From contig NW_024704742.1 in the NCBI RefSeq assembly GCF_018977255.1, forward strand, positions 28,212,001 to 28,276,000: DNA of 64,000 nt. Direction: 5' to 3'. The notes below the pieces were generated by a model. That model saw only the letters and a list, made by a program, of their open reading frames with translations. It made no database searches and was not told the origin of the DNA. Shown in pieces: positions 13,191-29,548 of this stretch. The translations under genes and the position numbers were made by a program. The DNA is from Callorhinchus milii (taxonomy: Eukaryota). The number at the start of each line of letters is the position of its first letter. Position 1 is the stretch's first letter.

Positions 13191-14402
13191 TCCAAGGAAA
13201 AGAAAACGCAGCCTTTTTAATAAAAGCTGCAAATGTAATTATTTAGTCACAAGCCCATCCCATGCTAAGTGTTTGGAAGCGCCTGCTGGCGTGTTTTAAT
13301 TCCTCCTGTCGTGAAAGGCACCATATAAGGTGCTATATCAAATGCAAGGATTATTATTTATTAAAATTGTTCTTTCACCACATTAGCTGATTGTGGGACA
13401 TTGCTATGTGCAAATTGGCTGCCATGTTTGCCCGCAATGGCACTTCACTTCACAATATGTTCTACGAAGTGCTTGAGACATCCTCCTGATGTGAAAGCCG
13501 CTATATCAAATGCAAGGATTATTAGTATTACTACTAATAAAAATACTAAAATTCAGCATTTACCTTTGTATTGGAGAAGTTGAGAAAGAAATGCATTGCA
13601 TATACACAGAGTACTGTTCAGGTAATATCCTACGGTGAAGTCATGGTTTGACTTCCAGTCAGCCTTTATACATAATTATACTTGTAATTTTTTAAAAGCA
13701 TTAAAGAACTTGTGTTTTCCAAAGCAAAAGATAATTAATTTATTGGATGCAATTTCCATCCATTTTCAAAATGGATTGGAACACTTTTTTTGTGTTTCTA
13801 TAATTAAGAATGACTTTGCTAAATTCCTCCCTCTTGGATGCTCTGAGTGCTCAATTCACTTTGTCCTCTTCTCATTTTCTATAATTCCACTTCGTTTAGT
13901 ACTTCCTGCTGATGTATTTGCTTTGTCTCTAATAGCTGGTTAATGTTAGAGAGGAAGTGATTTTCACTGATTACAGTGTCTTCAATAGAAAGGTTTTAGG
14001 TGAGAGATATTAGCCATATTATGGTTAAAACTTTCTCCTTTGATCAAATAATGTGACAGAAGTATGTTGCTAACCAGGTAATTTAAGTAATGTATCCCAC
14101 CTGAAATCTTTGTTTTACTACACAAGCTGTGATAAATTCAAGGGAAATATATGCTCTCCAACATTAGCCAGATGTTAGAAAATAATATACTATGGAAAGT
14201 GCAAAAATGAAGCAATCAGTCAGTACTCAAAAGATTATCTTTGACATTCAATAATGCAATAAAGCTTGCATTTGCTGTTATACAGAAATAAGTTCTCCAA
14301 TAATAGGTTTTATTTGAAAAATATGTTTACGCCCAAAACATATTGGATTTTGTGTAACGTGGATCATTCTATGGATTCCTTCATGATTTAATGATAATTA
14401 AG

Positions 14403-14650
14403 TAACAACAACAACAAATTGCATTTATAGAATGCCCTTCACCCAACTCCTGGACAGTGAAGGGTTCCCAGCTGAGCTGGGGATTGGAGTTGAGAGGAGT
14501 GGAGGGCAAGGGGGGTGGGGGTTGGAGGATGACCGAAGGCGTGGTCAAAAAGGAAGGTTCTTGAGATGGGCTTGAAGGAGGCAAGAGAGGGCGAGGCGGT
14601 GGGACTGTGGGATGGAGTTCCAGAGGGTGTGGGCAGAAAGGCTGAAGGCC
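14403..14650 (-). mobile_element. L2 3' fragment
   Basis: (aac)n tail, then the reverse complement of the L2 3' region (ggatggagttccagag, gctgaaggcc). Confidence 0.75.
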
Positions 14651-15279
14651 TAATTAATTGACTTTTTTTCTAACTTATTTAACATCAGAAAACAGCATTG
14701 AAATACAGAGAGTCTATCTTTTATAGTGCACAAGATGTGCTCAGTGATATCCCCAATCCATTATTTATGATAAAATTGCTACCCAGACAGAAGTATTCCA
14801 GATTTAAACCGAGGGGTTTAATAATCTATAGATAGTATCTTGGAATAGTCTGTTGATGTAGAGAATCATTATTTTCTGTTCTGATGTGTTCCCAAGTTGT
14901 GGTGTATGATGTCTTTGAAATAAAGTCTTAATTCCAGGAAATATAGAAAATTGGTTAAAAAATACATATAATCAAGCATTTTGTGTATGTACCCTGCAGT
15001 GTGCTGCAACATTACATGATAATGTGTTGTATAGAATACAATGTATTTAATAGGTTGCTAAATGGCCTCATCTTCAAGGGAAAATACAATTTTCACATTC
15101 TGCATTTGGAATGCAGCTGACTGAATTTAGATTTTTCATGCTTTGAATTAATACATTCATTACTGGAAAGCTTGCCCGACAATGCTCTCAATGGCAATCT
15201 TTGCGGTTTGAGCTAGTTGAACTTGACATGCACACTGGGCCCTCGCAAACCTGTGCCTGATACTCTCCACAATTAGGTA

Positions 15280-15410
15280 AGCAGGGGACGTGCCTCCAGG
15301 GAGAGAGTGCACGTTCCACTTCAGACCCAGGTAAATTTCGATGTGAAGGTGCTCAGTTCTGGTTTGGATACTTTTAAACATCATGATGGGTTTATGCATG
15401 TTGATGCAAA
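15280..15410 (-). repeat. Unidentified ~140-bp interspersed repeat, copy 1
   Basis: Reverse complement reads aaacccatcatgatg...tatccaaacc...gcactctctccctggagg, shared with the copies at 36515, 38250 and 58840. Confidence 0.7.
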
Positions 15411-15429
15411 ATATCAAGATCTTGCATAT

Positions 15430-15870
15430 ATGCTCTGCCTTCTGCATGCCTCACGTCCCCTCCACTCTGCTATTAGCGACCATGCTTTCAGTCACTATGC
15501 TCTGAAGCTGTGGAACTGCCTGCCTTAGTCCCACTGCCTGGCCCCCTCTTTGTCCATCTTCAGATCACACAAGAAGACCTTCTGTTTGACCATCTCTACA
15601 GTCACCTCCCATTTCTCTCTTTCTGAACTTGTTTAAGGTCGAGTCCTTCAGATAAAAATTTTGAACCCAGTTCATATCTACCTGTTCTTCGGATGGACAT
15701 TATAGATTTTGTGACGCCATCGAAAAAGAAGAGATGTCACTGGTGTCCTGGCCAACAAACCAACAAATAACTAACTGGTTGTGGAACCTCTGTGTGTGAT
15801 AAATGATTTGCATACAAAAATAGTATTTACTGTAAAGTGATTAGAAACATTTTGACATTCTGATGCTGTA
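15430..15870 (+). mobile_element. L2 3' fragment followed by a DeuSINE fragment
   Basis: gctttcagtcactatgctctgaagctgtggaactgcc, then ccttcagata...ggtgtcctggccaacaa. Confidence 0.6.
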
Positions 15871-16187
15871 AAAATCAATTTTTTTCTTAGCCTAAGTGGC
15901 TGTAGGTGAGTTGGAGCTGTTTTTCCTTTTGTTGGTTAAGCTATCTTTTAATCTCTCTTTTTGAGTGAAATTAACCACTATACCTATCGACCTATGAGTT
16001 TCCTGTTTATTGGAGCATTTACTCTCAGGGTTGATGACACGTCTGTGCCTTTGAGGGGTATTGAGAGCAGGTTGTTCAATCATCAATACATATCTTGGAT
16101 TGCTGCTTCAGCAGTCATGTCTCCTTGGAAACAATTCAGCTCCAGGGAAGCCCTGATGATCTTTTCAGCCTCCCATTCCCAACTGGT

Positions 16188-16885
16188 GGGTGAAATTCCA
16201 TCTTGGTCCAGACTTATTCTGTTTATGTATTATTTTAGAGAGTGCAGAATTTGGCAAAATTGTTGAATTCAGTCTTAGCTGAATTTTGTAGCTCAGTGGA
16301 GTCGTGTAGCTCAGTGGTTAGAGCATTTGCCTCGCAAGCAAGACATCTGGGTTCGATTCCCAGCAGGGAAAATGTTGGGGGGCAAGTTTCCTTACTCCAT
16401 ACGCCTCTAGCAGTAAGTAAGAACCTGATTGTTAGTTGATTGGCAAATCGCTTTTCCAGGGGTAATATTTCCTTTAAAAAAAATTAAAATCATGATAACA
16501 AATTGGCCGTTCAATCCACGATTTTTGTGGGACACTGCTGTGTGCAATTGGCTGCCACGTTTCGCCCACAAAATATGCAGTCATTTCACTTTACAGTATA
16601 TTCTGTGAAGTGCTTTGAAACATCTCGAAGATGTGATCAGGAAATATATCAAATGCAAGGATTATTATTAACTGTGAAACTGTTTTTCTGAAGCTCTTAA
16701 AAGAATTAACAGAAAACCAGGCTTAGAATTAAGACTGTATTGAAGAATTTGCGAACTTCTGCACATTTTAAAATGCTTTGAGATGTCTTAAAGACGTGAT
16801 AAGGTGCTATATCAACTGTAAGGATTATTATTATTGCTAGGGAAATGCAATAAATCTTGATTTGGTGGAATCTATTGCTAGGGGA
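16188..16885. mobile_element. Palindromic MITE-like element interrupted by SINE insertions
   Basis: Left arm attttagagagtgcagaatttggcaaaattgttgaattcagtctt. Right arm aagactgtattgaagaatttgcgaacttctgcacattttaaaatg. Terminal ggtggaat. Confidence 0.65.
16297..16670 (+). mobile_element. SINE family B
   Basis: gtggagtcgtgtagctcagtggttagagc...gggttcgattccc, followed by full body and tail. Confidence 0.85.
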
Positions 16886-17274
16886 GTTGCTGCCATTGCA
16901 TTTTTTTGAGTGAGGCATTAAGCATAGCATTAAAAAAATGTATTTAACAAACAGGGATAGATTTTCAGCTCAATTCTTGCGACTGAATTTGTGCCCAGGT
17001 TCCTAATATGAAAATGACACATTGAACCCATTAGACATTTGTCCATATCACCATATTTTGGTTTATTCAGATTCCCACTGTTTAGTGAGTTTGTGACTTG
17101 TGAGCATAATTACCTAGAATTAAACCGAATCCTACGACACAGAAACAGCCTCAACTAGTCCATGTCAATGTTTGTACTCCATATGAGTCTCCATCACTCC
17201 TATTCCCATCTCCTATACCCCTTTATTTGTTTCTCCCTCTTATATGCATAACATTTTGTCTCAAATATATTGAT

Positions 17275-17610
17275 TTACAAGCTAAGGCTCTTCAGAGAAG
17301 ACCTCAAAGAGATGTACAACATTTTAAATGGGATTAACAAAGTTACAGGTTTAAGGTTGCTAAAGAGCAAATTGATGACAGATGTCAGGAAGATTTTCAT
17401 TACTCAGAGACAGATTGCCTGGAAGAGTGATTGAGGCCACTATATTGGACTCATTTATAAAGCAGCCTGATGCTGTGATATGGGTGTTGTGGAGATCAGA
17501 TGGGCTTCACCTGAACCAATCATTTGATCTTCTGTGATCTTGTGTGGATTGCTCTTTAAAAGAGCCACAACAGACACAATGGATTGAATGGCCTGTTGTA
17601 AATTTCTTTG
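17275..17610 (+). mobile_element. Old CR1 3' fragment
   Basis: agaagacctcaaagagatgtacaacatttt...ttttcattactcagaga...gacacaatggattgaatggcctg. Confidence 0.55.
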
Positions 17611-18632
17611 GTTACATGTGATGAGTGTATAAGTTCAATATAAAAATATCTAACTCACAGGTAGAGTGCTACCAACTGAGCCAGGCTGATGCACAAGGAT
17701 AGGTTTCTATGAGAACCATTACAGGCACAGTGGATCAAATGGACTTGTGTGCTGAAATGTTGTACAAGATTTCAGGAAAACCATTTATTTTTCTCAAAAC
17801 AGTTTGCTATAACTTTGTAGATCAAGATTGATATTTCAGATGGTTTATTGAATTATACACAGGCTCAGCATCACAAGTTTTAAATAAATCCTAGTACAGA
17901 TCAGGATAGCATGCTAGTTTCCAGGGAGATTCTTGACCCTCTATTGTTTAATATGTAATTTTGTGTCCAATGAATTACTGTCCTATACCTGCCACTGTCC
18001 TGAAAACCACTTGCCTGAGGGAATTCATGTATTGGGCATCTGATTATATCTCTCATTAAGTGCAATGGATATGGGAGATGCCGTTGCTTATAAAATGGAG
18101 CTATGTTGTGAACAGGACTGAGATCATTCATAGATCGCTAGCAATTTTTTTTTACCTGGGGATTATCAGCAGTTGGTGGGATTTAAAGAGAAAATTACAA
18201 CACAGAGCGGGTCACAGCAAACTGAGCACAATGGGAGCATTTTCCCAGCAAATAAAGTGCTATTGCATTTGTAATCAATCTCTCCACTGACTTGCTGTAA
18301 AACAATAATATTTGCAGTTTGAAGCAGATCAACTGTTGCCATTAAAACAAAACCCTGCTGACTTTTTTGTTGCACAAGTAAAAATATAGAATTAATTTCC
18401 TTGATAAATTCAGAACATGATATGAATAATTCAACTTTGCCGGTCAACCATAAATTTTTCAGCCTGGGGGGAAGGTTTCAATTTATTCCAAAAGTGCTTG
18501 GGACAAAAAAGCCATACACACAGAATGGTTTGCAACTTGTAACCAATGTTTGCAGTGTAAACTGGTGAAACAGCTCTGAATGTTAACTTTGGATTGATGT
18601 TTATTCAGCACCAACAATCTGTAGGTAGCCAC

Positions 18633-18870
18633 GGGCAAGAATTCCACCCGGGTCTAGAGTTATTCTATTTAAGTAGCATTTTAGAGAGTCCAGAATTTGG
18701 CAAATTCTTAAATACAGCTTGAGTTTTGAAAATGTTTTTGAATCAGTTTAGTTAAGAATTACACAAAACCGACTGCAAAGTTAAGTCTGAACTCAACAAT
18801 TTGCAAAGTTCTGGATCCTTTAAAATGCTGCATAAATGGACTAAATGAAGACTCGAGGCAAATTCTCCTG
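18633..18870. mobile_element. Palindromic MITE-like element
   Basis: Nested inverted repeats gaattccacccgggtct / agactcgaggcaaattc and attttagagagtccagaatttggcaaatt / aatttgcaaagttctggatcctttaaaat. Confidence 0.75.
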
Positions 18871-21290
18871 AGTCACAACCTCACATAAACCTCTACATAT
18901 CCTGGAATCTGCAGCCTGCTTGCTCTTGTGGTGTAACAAGGTGCCGTTGAAGTTTTGACTAATACATATAACAGTGATCCCTGTGACATGTTTAAATGAT
19001 ATCCTGGAATATTGACATTGGCAGAATGTTGGCCAAGTCACCGGGAGAAACTCCCTTTTTTTGAGTAGTGTCGTGGGATCTTAAATGTCCACTGAACAGG
19101 CATATGTGGCTTCCCTTAACATCAACTGGAATTTCCCCAAACTCTTTGAGATCACAATGAATTATTGAGTCCTCTTTAAAACAACGCCTTGCATAATCTA
19201 GTTAGACATACCAACATTCTTAGACATTCTAACTGCAGTTAGAAAAGTGCAGTTGCATCCACAATAGTACATTTTATGGACATGCAAGACCTAAACCATA
19301 ATGTGTGGCACCTTTTAGTGTCTTGACAATCAACATCACTGTAGCCATGGGAAAAATTAAAAGTGTCTGGTGCCAAAAAAATTGATTAAAAGCTAGGCAA
19401 ATGGTTTTGTTTCTTGATGACATTTGAATTTGCATCGATACAGTTCTAATCACTCCACTTTATGAACACTGATCCAAGATATACAGTTACTTTTTAACCA
19501 TGCAATGAAATCCTGTATCCATAATCCCTTCAGTATTTTTAAAGGTAAAATTGCTTTGCAAGTTTATTGCTATATTATTTCCCCTTTATGTATAATTGGC
19601 ATTTTTTGGCTTTGTTCCTGAAATGCTTTTAATGTGAAAATAAAGCCATTCTAGTTACTAATTAGATATGGGATAAAGTTGGAACATGGCATTTTAGGTT
19701 GATTTTTGCTTTGTTTGAGTCATTTTGCAGTAAACATTTACTCAGCTACTTGAGAATTACCACCCTGCTGTGGTGTAATGTGCTGCACAATTAAAGAGAC
19801 ATCATCATCTGTTTTGTCAGTCCTAATGGGCTATAGGCTTAATTATAAAATTATTAAAATGTAATTAACGTAACAGTCTTATCAAATGAACCTCGTCCTC
19901 TGTTATAATGGTAGCTTGGGATGATCTTCTGAGTAGATTTTGACCTCCAAATTGATCTGAATTAGGATAGTTCAAATAAATTCGGAAAATACGTGGAATG
20001 TGATTCAAGTCAGATCATTTGGATTGAAATGACCTGTCCCAATATGAATAATGGCATCCTCCCCGGAGATTAGGAAATGTTGTTCTTTTGTATTTCTTCT
20101 GCCATTATGTGATTTTTTTCTTGCCAGTTCTGCAGCAGAAGAGTATTTTTCCTTTTTCCTGTGTGCATTGGTTGTGGTTGACTGCCTTTGACTCCAAGGC
20201 ATCTGTTTTCATGTTGGTTTGGAGAAAGAACAGTAGGTTGTGCATTATTAGTAGTACTAGTAGTAATGCATTTTCCAAAGAATATGCATGTTTCATCATT
20301 ATTACTACTAACTTGGCGGCCAAATAAAGCTTTGCCTAAGATCCCAAACCAAACAGGAGAACTGCTGCCAAACGTTATTATAAGTAATGTGGACATTAAT
20401 TAGGGAGTGTCTTAATGATATTGGAACTCTGTAACAGATCAAGCACATATATTCCTCCCAATCTGTCAGCCATTGGAATTAGTAGGAGCAACATTTGTTA
20501 ACCTTAAGGCAGCAGAAGGGCACTAAGCCTCTCTGAATGAACATGTCAGCCAACAGTAATTAATTGGCTTAAAATGAGAGAAGATTCTTCAAGTTTCAAA
20601 GATGGTGCCCAGAGCCTTCATCTGACCCCTTAGGAATTCTATGGCATCATAGGACTTTTGTCTTCTATTTCCTCAGTAAAAGAAATTCAGATGAAGAAAG
20701 CCCTTTGGCAAGTCCTCCCAGAATACCGACCCTGCCATCTTTCCATTACAGCACCAAGCTGTTTCTTTAAATGAATTCAACCTCCTGGCCTCAACCACCC
20801 TTCCCGTAACCCATTCCAGTCATCTTTTCCAGTGAACTGACCGTAAATTCTGCATGATACTGTTTGGAGCAGATGTTGACCAGAAATAGGATACTGGGGT
20901 GCAGTAAGTGAGTTTCACAAACTCTATTTTTTGCATTAATTGCATTTACATGTTAGCTTTTTTCAAGCTTTGCCTAACTTGCATAAATCTTGCAACTCGA
21001 CCTTTGAAAAAAAGAGATTGCAATTAATGCAATCAATCTAAATCCAACCTCATGCACTCCATTAGTTTACATTACTTTGTTGAATCGAAAAGCTTGTGAT
21101 GGGTTTTCCCTGATGCCTTTTCAATGGGGGCATATTTCTTCACTGAACAAATATAACCTTTGTGGAATACTGAAATCACTAATGGGACCAAGTAAGATTG
21201 AGTTCTCCCATTGTTTCTCCATGTTTTAATCTAATTTTGTCACTCTATTCCTGCAGCACTAGTTCAGATGTTATTACAAGCCAAGCACCC

Positions 21291-21413
21291 GAATTACTCT
21301 AACAGGGCCTGTATAGATTAGTGAGAATAGCTCTAAAAGAAGATAGCATGGCGTCCTTATAGATTAGTGAAATTGCTCTAACAGAGAGAGCTTGGTACCC
21401 TTATAGATTAGTG
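21291..21413. repeat. Degenerate ~45-bp tandem repeat, about 2.5-3 units
   Basis: tatagattagtg at 21312, 21358 and 21402. aatt/ag-ctctaa also recurs. Confidence 0.75.
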
Positions 21414-24400
21414 GTTGGTGGGCAACATCAGTATCAATCTTTCTTGACAGAGTTATTGACTGGGTTTTCTCTTTGCTGAAAATAACACATTTGTCTATCA
21501 ATGTCCAAATGAGTTTTTATTGGACTGGGACACAACAGTCATCCCTCGTCTTTCAGGTGGACAGTTAACCACTCTTTGAAGGGTAGTGTTATCACTTGAG
21601 ATAGAAGCTCTCTGAGCATTGGTGAAGGTAAGAAGCAGGTTTTAGAAAAAATAAATTTCTCTGAGTGCACCTCATAGGTAATATGTGATAAGACATTTGC
21701 ATATTTTGAGAAATTCCATGTCTGGTTTACAAGTTATTCCAAAGAGCCCACATTTTCAATGAAAATATCACACATCACATGTTGATACTATTGTTTAGGA
21801 GACCTGCAAATACAACATTCAACTATTGGAAGTGTGGGAGCAACAATTTTGTTTAATGCTATCTTGTCTAGAAAGTTCAGAAGGTCATTCCCAATTGAAT
21901 TTGGTGTGTGCTTTTCGAAAGTATGAATTCCTATGAGCTCACATTTGCTTCACGCAAAACAAATCATCACAACGCAGATTATTTTTCTTTGTGAACGAGT
22001 GCAGTCCTGAAGTCCCATTTTTCTGTTTTCTATGAGACTGTTTTGGAGCTCCCAGTTTTCTCGGAAAATCATAGCCCTGATTATCCATGCATTAAAGCTC
22101 CCATTTCTACGATTGAAACAAAATCTCACTTGGTGATACACACAAGAGACAAGCTCTTTATATTATTTTGGATGAAAGTTCAATCTAGGAAATTGTTTCA
22201 TTTCGGAGCAAGACTTTTAGTAAATGGATGTAATCAAATAGAGTAGCGGAGAACAACTTCTTCTAGGACTCTTAGGCATGCAAGGACAAATTAGAATGAC
22301 ATTATGATGTTTCAGGGAGTAGCTTTTCATGGGCCAGTGTGTGGAAGGATCCATTGAAGCTTCTTTCAAGGGAATAAGTGTCAAGGAGCACTGTACCTAT
22401 GGTTTTGTCTGGCTATACTTCAAGATGTTGCTTCTCAGAATCCAATTGTCAACTATTATATTATTTTCATGTACTGCTATTTGGACGTCAACATTAAATG
22501 AGGTTGAATCTTAAAAGGCTTCTGTAGGTGTGGATGTCTTTGAACGAAACATATATTCTGCATGTAAAATGTCCTCCACATTTACCTGTCCTTTTTCTCT
22601 CATTCCTACCTGAAGTGGCTTGTAGTTGTTCTGACATGCATAAGGTTTTGTGCTCTTATTGGCTTATGTGTTCTCTGTGTTGCCTCGTTGGAAAATAAGT
22701 ACAGACATGGCCTAGAATTAGATGGAACTAAGTGAGGGAAGATTACCAGAAAACTTAAGAGAGGAGCAGTGTCCCAGATGGTTATTTATTGCCTATGAGA
22801 TGATGGCACTATCCAAGTTGTATGTGAAGATTAAACTTTGAAAGATGACTGCCATTCCCATCGCAGGCAATTCACGTTTGATACAACTATGTGCAAATTA
22901 ATGCAAGCATTATGCAGTAGCAAAGGATACATCAAAATAAAGTTTGGCTTGAATTAATGTATAACTGTAAATATTCAGTTTGATTGTTGAATCCATAGGT
23001 ATTCATAATTTATTTGGAGAGGAGAATATTTCTTGGAATATTTTAACAAAATAATAATTCCAACTCTTGACTTTCGGTTCACAGTGTTCAAGTAAGAAGC
23101 TGTTTAGAGTTGCACAAGAGGCTTTGTTGAACGGATGTGTTTGATGAGCCAAGTCATGTTTTCTTATGATTATGAGTTAATTATTAGTTCAAGCAAAGTA
23201 GCATTTTTTCACATTTCAAAATAACTATCCAACTATTTTGATGTGTGGTGGGATGATAGGCCGATTCCTCAAACAATTAAAGAGAAATAGAGAGCTCAAT
23301 TTTCTGTTTTCTGGACCATGTGTATAAATATAACTACCATGATTTCTGTTTTTTATTTTTAAAAGGATAAATTGATGAACAATTTTTATTGGAAACAACA
23401 TTTTTTTGTTGATTCACAATTCCTCTCCTTTGTTGAGTTTGCACTCCCCGACTCTCACTGTGTAGAGAGATCATTGAAACCATAATCTTTACACCCTGAC
23501 AGATGTACACGGAGATTGGAGGCACCAACACATAGCAGCCTGAAGGTTAATACTGCATTTATATTGCAGTTTGGTGGCGTGTTACTGCAATTTTAAACAT
23601 AAATCGGTCTTCTTGCTCCACATCACTATTCTTCTGGGAGCCAAGTCGCTTTGGTCCTGACAATATAAATGATGGATAAGATGCACCCTCTCCACTACAG
23701 GTGCCTATCTGGGAATATTATTTTGGAACACACTTTTGTTATATATAAACAAAGCAATACATACTGTTTGCCTCCCCTCTATCAAACTCTTATTCCTTAA
23801 GGGGCTCTGCTTGTTCTTTAATACTTTGCCTGCAAAGAATGCACTCAGATAATCTCTTCATTTCCCTTAACGTTCTTCGTGAGTTGATTTTCCAATTTTC
23901 TCTTGTCACTCATGATTATTATTTTTGCTTCTCTTTGCATTAGTTTTCCAATATCTTCCGTTCCACTTTTCCTTAAATACAGTCGTTTGGTGACTTTTAC
24001 TTTTGCGCTCACTGTAACTTTTCGACTTAACCATTTAGGTCTAGGATTTGATTTTATCGTCCTACTTCAATATGGTACAAATCTTATTCCTTCTTGTATA
24101 TCTTTAAAAAAAATAAAAACTTTCCGGTCAACTTACTGCCATTACCTTACATTCAGCTCTCCTGAAACTTGTGTTTTGTAAATCATGATATCTTGTATTA
24201 CAAGATTGAATCTGGCATTTTGACATTAGGACTCGAATGTGCTCCAATCACATCGCCTCCTCTGAATCTCCTACATTTCTGCCTGAGGGCAACTCTGTTT
24301 GGTGGAAAAAAAATTGCTATTGTATCTCCCTTGCCTGTTCCTTGTAAACAGCAGAAGGTAAGTAAGTTCCACCGCACTGTCAGTCATTAAGACTTATGTT

Positions 24401-24979
24401 GACAAGTGATTGGAGTGAAACAGCATCAAAAAGACTGGTCAATTATTTCTGTCTAACCAGAAGACAAGAGGGTAGAGACTAGTAAGTTGATCAATAGTGC
24501 GGGGCTCATGGGTTGGTATTGCTTCTACTGCATAGGAAGGAATCGTTTGGTGGGGATTTATAGTTATTCCACCAGAGTAGTGGCTTATATTTCAAACAGG
24601 CTTCCCTTAGGATATATGTAATATTGTTAGTTGTTGCACATTAACAGAGATACATTATTATTGTGGATCTCTCCTCCAGTAAACATTGTTTAGTGCTTGA
24701 AAGGAGAACATTGTAAATATTTGCCTAAGCTGTAAATCCTGACCTAGGCATACCTTTCCCTAGCATAGTAAATGAATGCATTGCATTTTAGATTCTGTAT
24801 TATGCATTAATGTTACTACTTATAAATATGTGCTTTCTAAATTGCTGCGATCCTGGTAACTTGAAACCTGTTTTTCTAAAGTAAATCTCCCGCCCCACCA
24901 CCATGGATTTACTTTAGAAAAACCACCAAGTTTCTTCTCTACTGAAGTATTTTGATTTATTTTTACATTGTTTTTACTT

Positions 24980-25585
24980 GTCATACACGCATTCATAACA
25001 TCCAGGTTCAACTGTGCAAACTCCCTGCTTGTCAGCCTCCCCACCCCCTCCCTCCAAAGGCTACAGATCATCCAGAACTCTGTAACCCGTGTCCTTTCCT
25101 GCACCAGGCACCGTGACCCTATCACCCCCATCCTCACCTGACTCCACTGGTTTCCTATCACACACTGGATACAGTTCAAGATCCTGTCCTCACTTTCAAA
25201 GCTCTCCATGGCCTTGCTCTCCCCTACCTCTGCGACCTCCTAACCCGCTACCATCCTGCTCACTCCCTCTGCTCAGCAGATTCCGGCCTGCTTCACATCC
25301 CTCGCCTCGCCCGTCCCATCATTGGCGGGCAGGCCTTGAGCCACTCTACCCCCACCCTCTCGAACTCAATCCTGCAGTCCCTCCACCTCGCCCCCTTCCT
25401 TGCCTCCTTAAGACCGGTCTCAAGACCCTCCTCTTCGACCATGTGCCTTCGATCACCCTCCTTCCCCACCCCCCGCCCTCCACTCTCCCTGATCCCGACC
25501 CCCAGCTCCGGTTCAAAACACTGATTGTCCAACGCCTTGGGATGTCCTCCTGACATGAAAGGCACGATACAAATTAATTTTTTTT
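24980..25585 (+). mobile_element. 5'-truncated L2 LINE
   Basis: atcatccagaactc...ctccactggtttcc...ttcaagatcct..., with 3' end gccttgggatgtcctcctgacatgaaaggcacg. Confidence 0.88.
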
Positions 25586-25649
25586 CCCTTTCCAGTGGCA
25601 CTACAGTTTGTTGGGTGCTTAAGCATCCTCTGATTTCTTGTTCAAGTGG

Positions 25650-25920
25650 CTATTGTTAGCAGGCTATTGAAATGTAGATTGCTTCACACCTGAGTCTGAT
25701 TCCGTCCTCCCCCAACAGCTACATATGTGCCCCTAATAAGGTAGCGAACAGGAACCCTGGTTTACCTTCTCCTCTGCATTCAGGTTAACTCTCATTCTCC
25801 TGTTGCTTCTTTGACTGAGATTAGAAAACTCAGCATAATCCGGGGATCGAACCAGGGACGTTAGCAATCCACATGGCTTAGTTACTTGCTGGGTAAACTG
25901 AATGAGCTATCAAGTGGGGA
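25650..25920 (-). mobile_element. tRNA-derived SINE family C (tentative)
   Basis: Minus strand reads gatagctcattcagtt...ccctGGTTCGATCCCcgg (B box), then tgctgagttttctaatctcag. Body differs from families A and B. Confidence 0.5.
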
Positions 25921-26534
25921 TAAGTGGCTTCAACTTGGTTGTATCATCATTGGAGACAACGGGGTACACAATGTTGTTGAAGCTAATAGCTCAACCTGCA
26001 TTTTGGAACCCAATGTGGTATTTTTAAAAAATTGGAATGTAATATCAGAAAATAATGCAATTTACAGAAATGATTTGTTTTTCAGTAAGCTCCATTAATT
26101 TAGAATAGCTCTTAAAAACTGATGGTAATTCTGATGGTAACTCTTAATACTGGTGGTATTAATAATGTGTTGCTATAGTTTGCTAGTACATGCATGAAAT
26201 ATGATACACTAAGTCAAATTAATCTTTCACTCCATGGTTATTTGTGGACTGTTGCTGTGGGCAAATTGGCTGCCGTGTTCACCTACAAAACATGCAGTCA
26301 AAGCATTTTATAATATATCCTGTGAAATGCTTTGGGACATCTGCTTGCGGTGAAAGACGCAAAGATTATTAGTTCTTAACATTCAATATGGCAATGTGAT
26401 CAATTACCAAATAGTTTAAGTATAATTCATACCATCAACTGATTTTCTTTCTTGATTGTGTTACTAGACAAATAAAGCGTTCATAAGATAGTGTGCGAGA
26501 AACTTGCTTGAAACTTGTCTTTCTATTAAAATAA

Positions 26535-29414
<2,880 letters not shown>

Positions 29415-29539
29415 TTTCTGCTGAAACCTTGCGGAAGAACTTGAAACAGATGGACAGACAGGTGCAGCAGCTGGAAAATGACATTATGACGTTTCCACCG
29501 CCAAACAGCGAGCACGACAAGTTTGTGGAAAAGATGACA
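29415..29539 (+). CDS. DIAPH1: DIAPH FH2 exon B (125 nt): (V)SAETLRKNLKQMDRQVQQLENDIMTFPPPNSEHDKFVEKMT
   Basis: Long pyrimidine tract followed by ctgatttcAG|. Overlaps ORF 29351..29590. DKFVEKMT motif. Ends in phase 0 directly before ATATCCTTT. Confidence 0.95.
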
Positions 29540-29548
29540 ATATCCTTT
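29540..29548 (+). promoter_or_regulatory. U12 5' splice site (U11/U6atac-binding)
   Basis: ATATCCTTT matches the RTATCCTTT consensus. Confidence 0.93.

Noticed and set aside
20005..20403. Cluster of five overlapping short ORFs on both strands
   Set aside because: No recognisable protein motifs or convincing exon structure. Consistent with chance.
21291..21413. Regularly spaced 12-nt repeat resembling a CRISPR array
   Set aside because: The spacers are similar to each other, there are only three short repeats, the context is eukaryotic and there are no cas genes.
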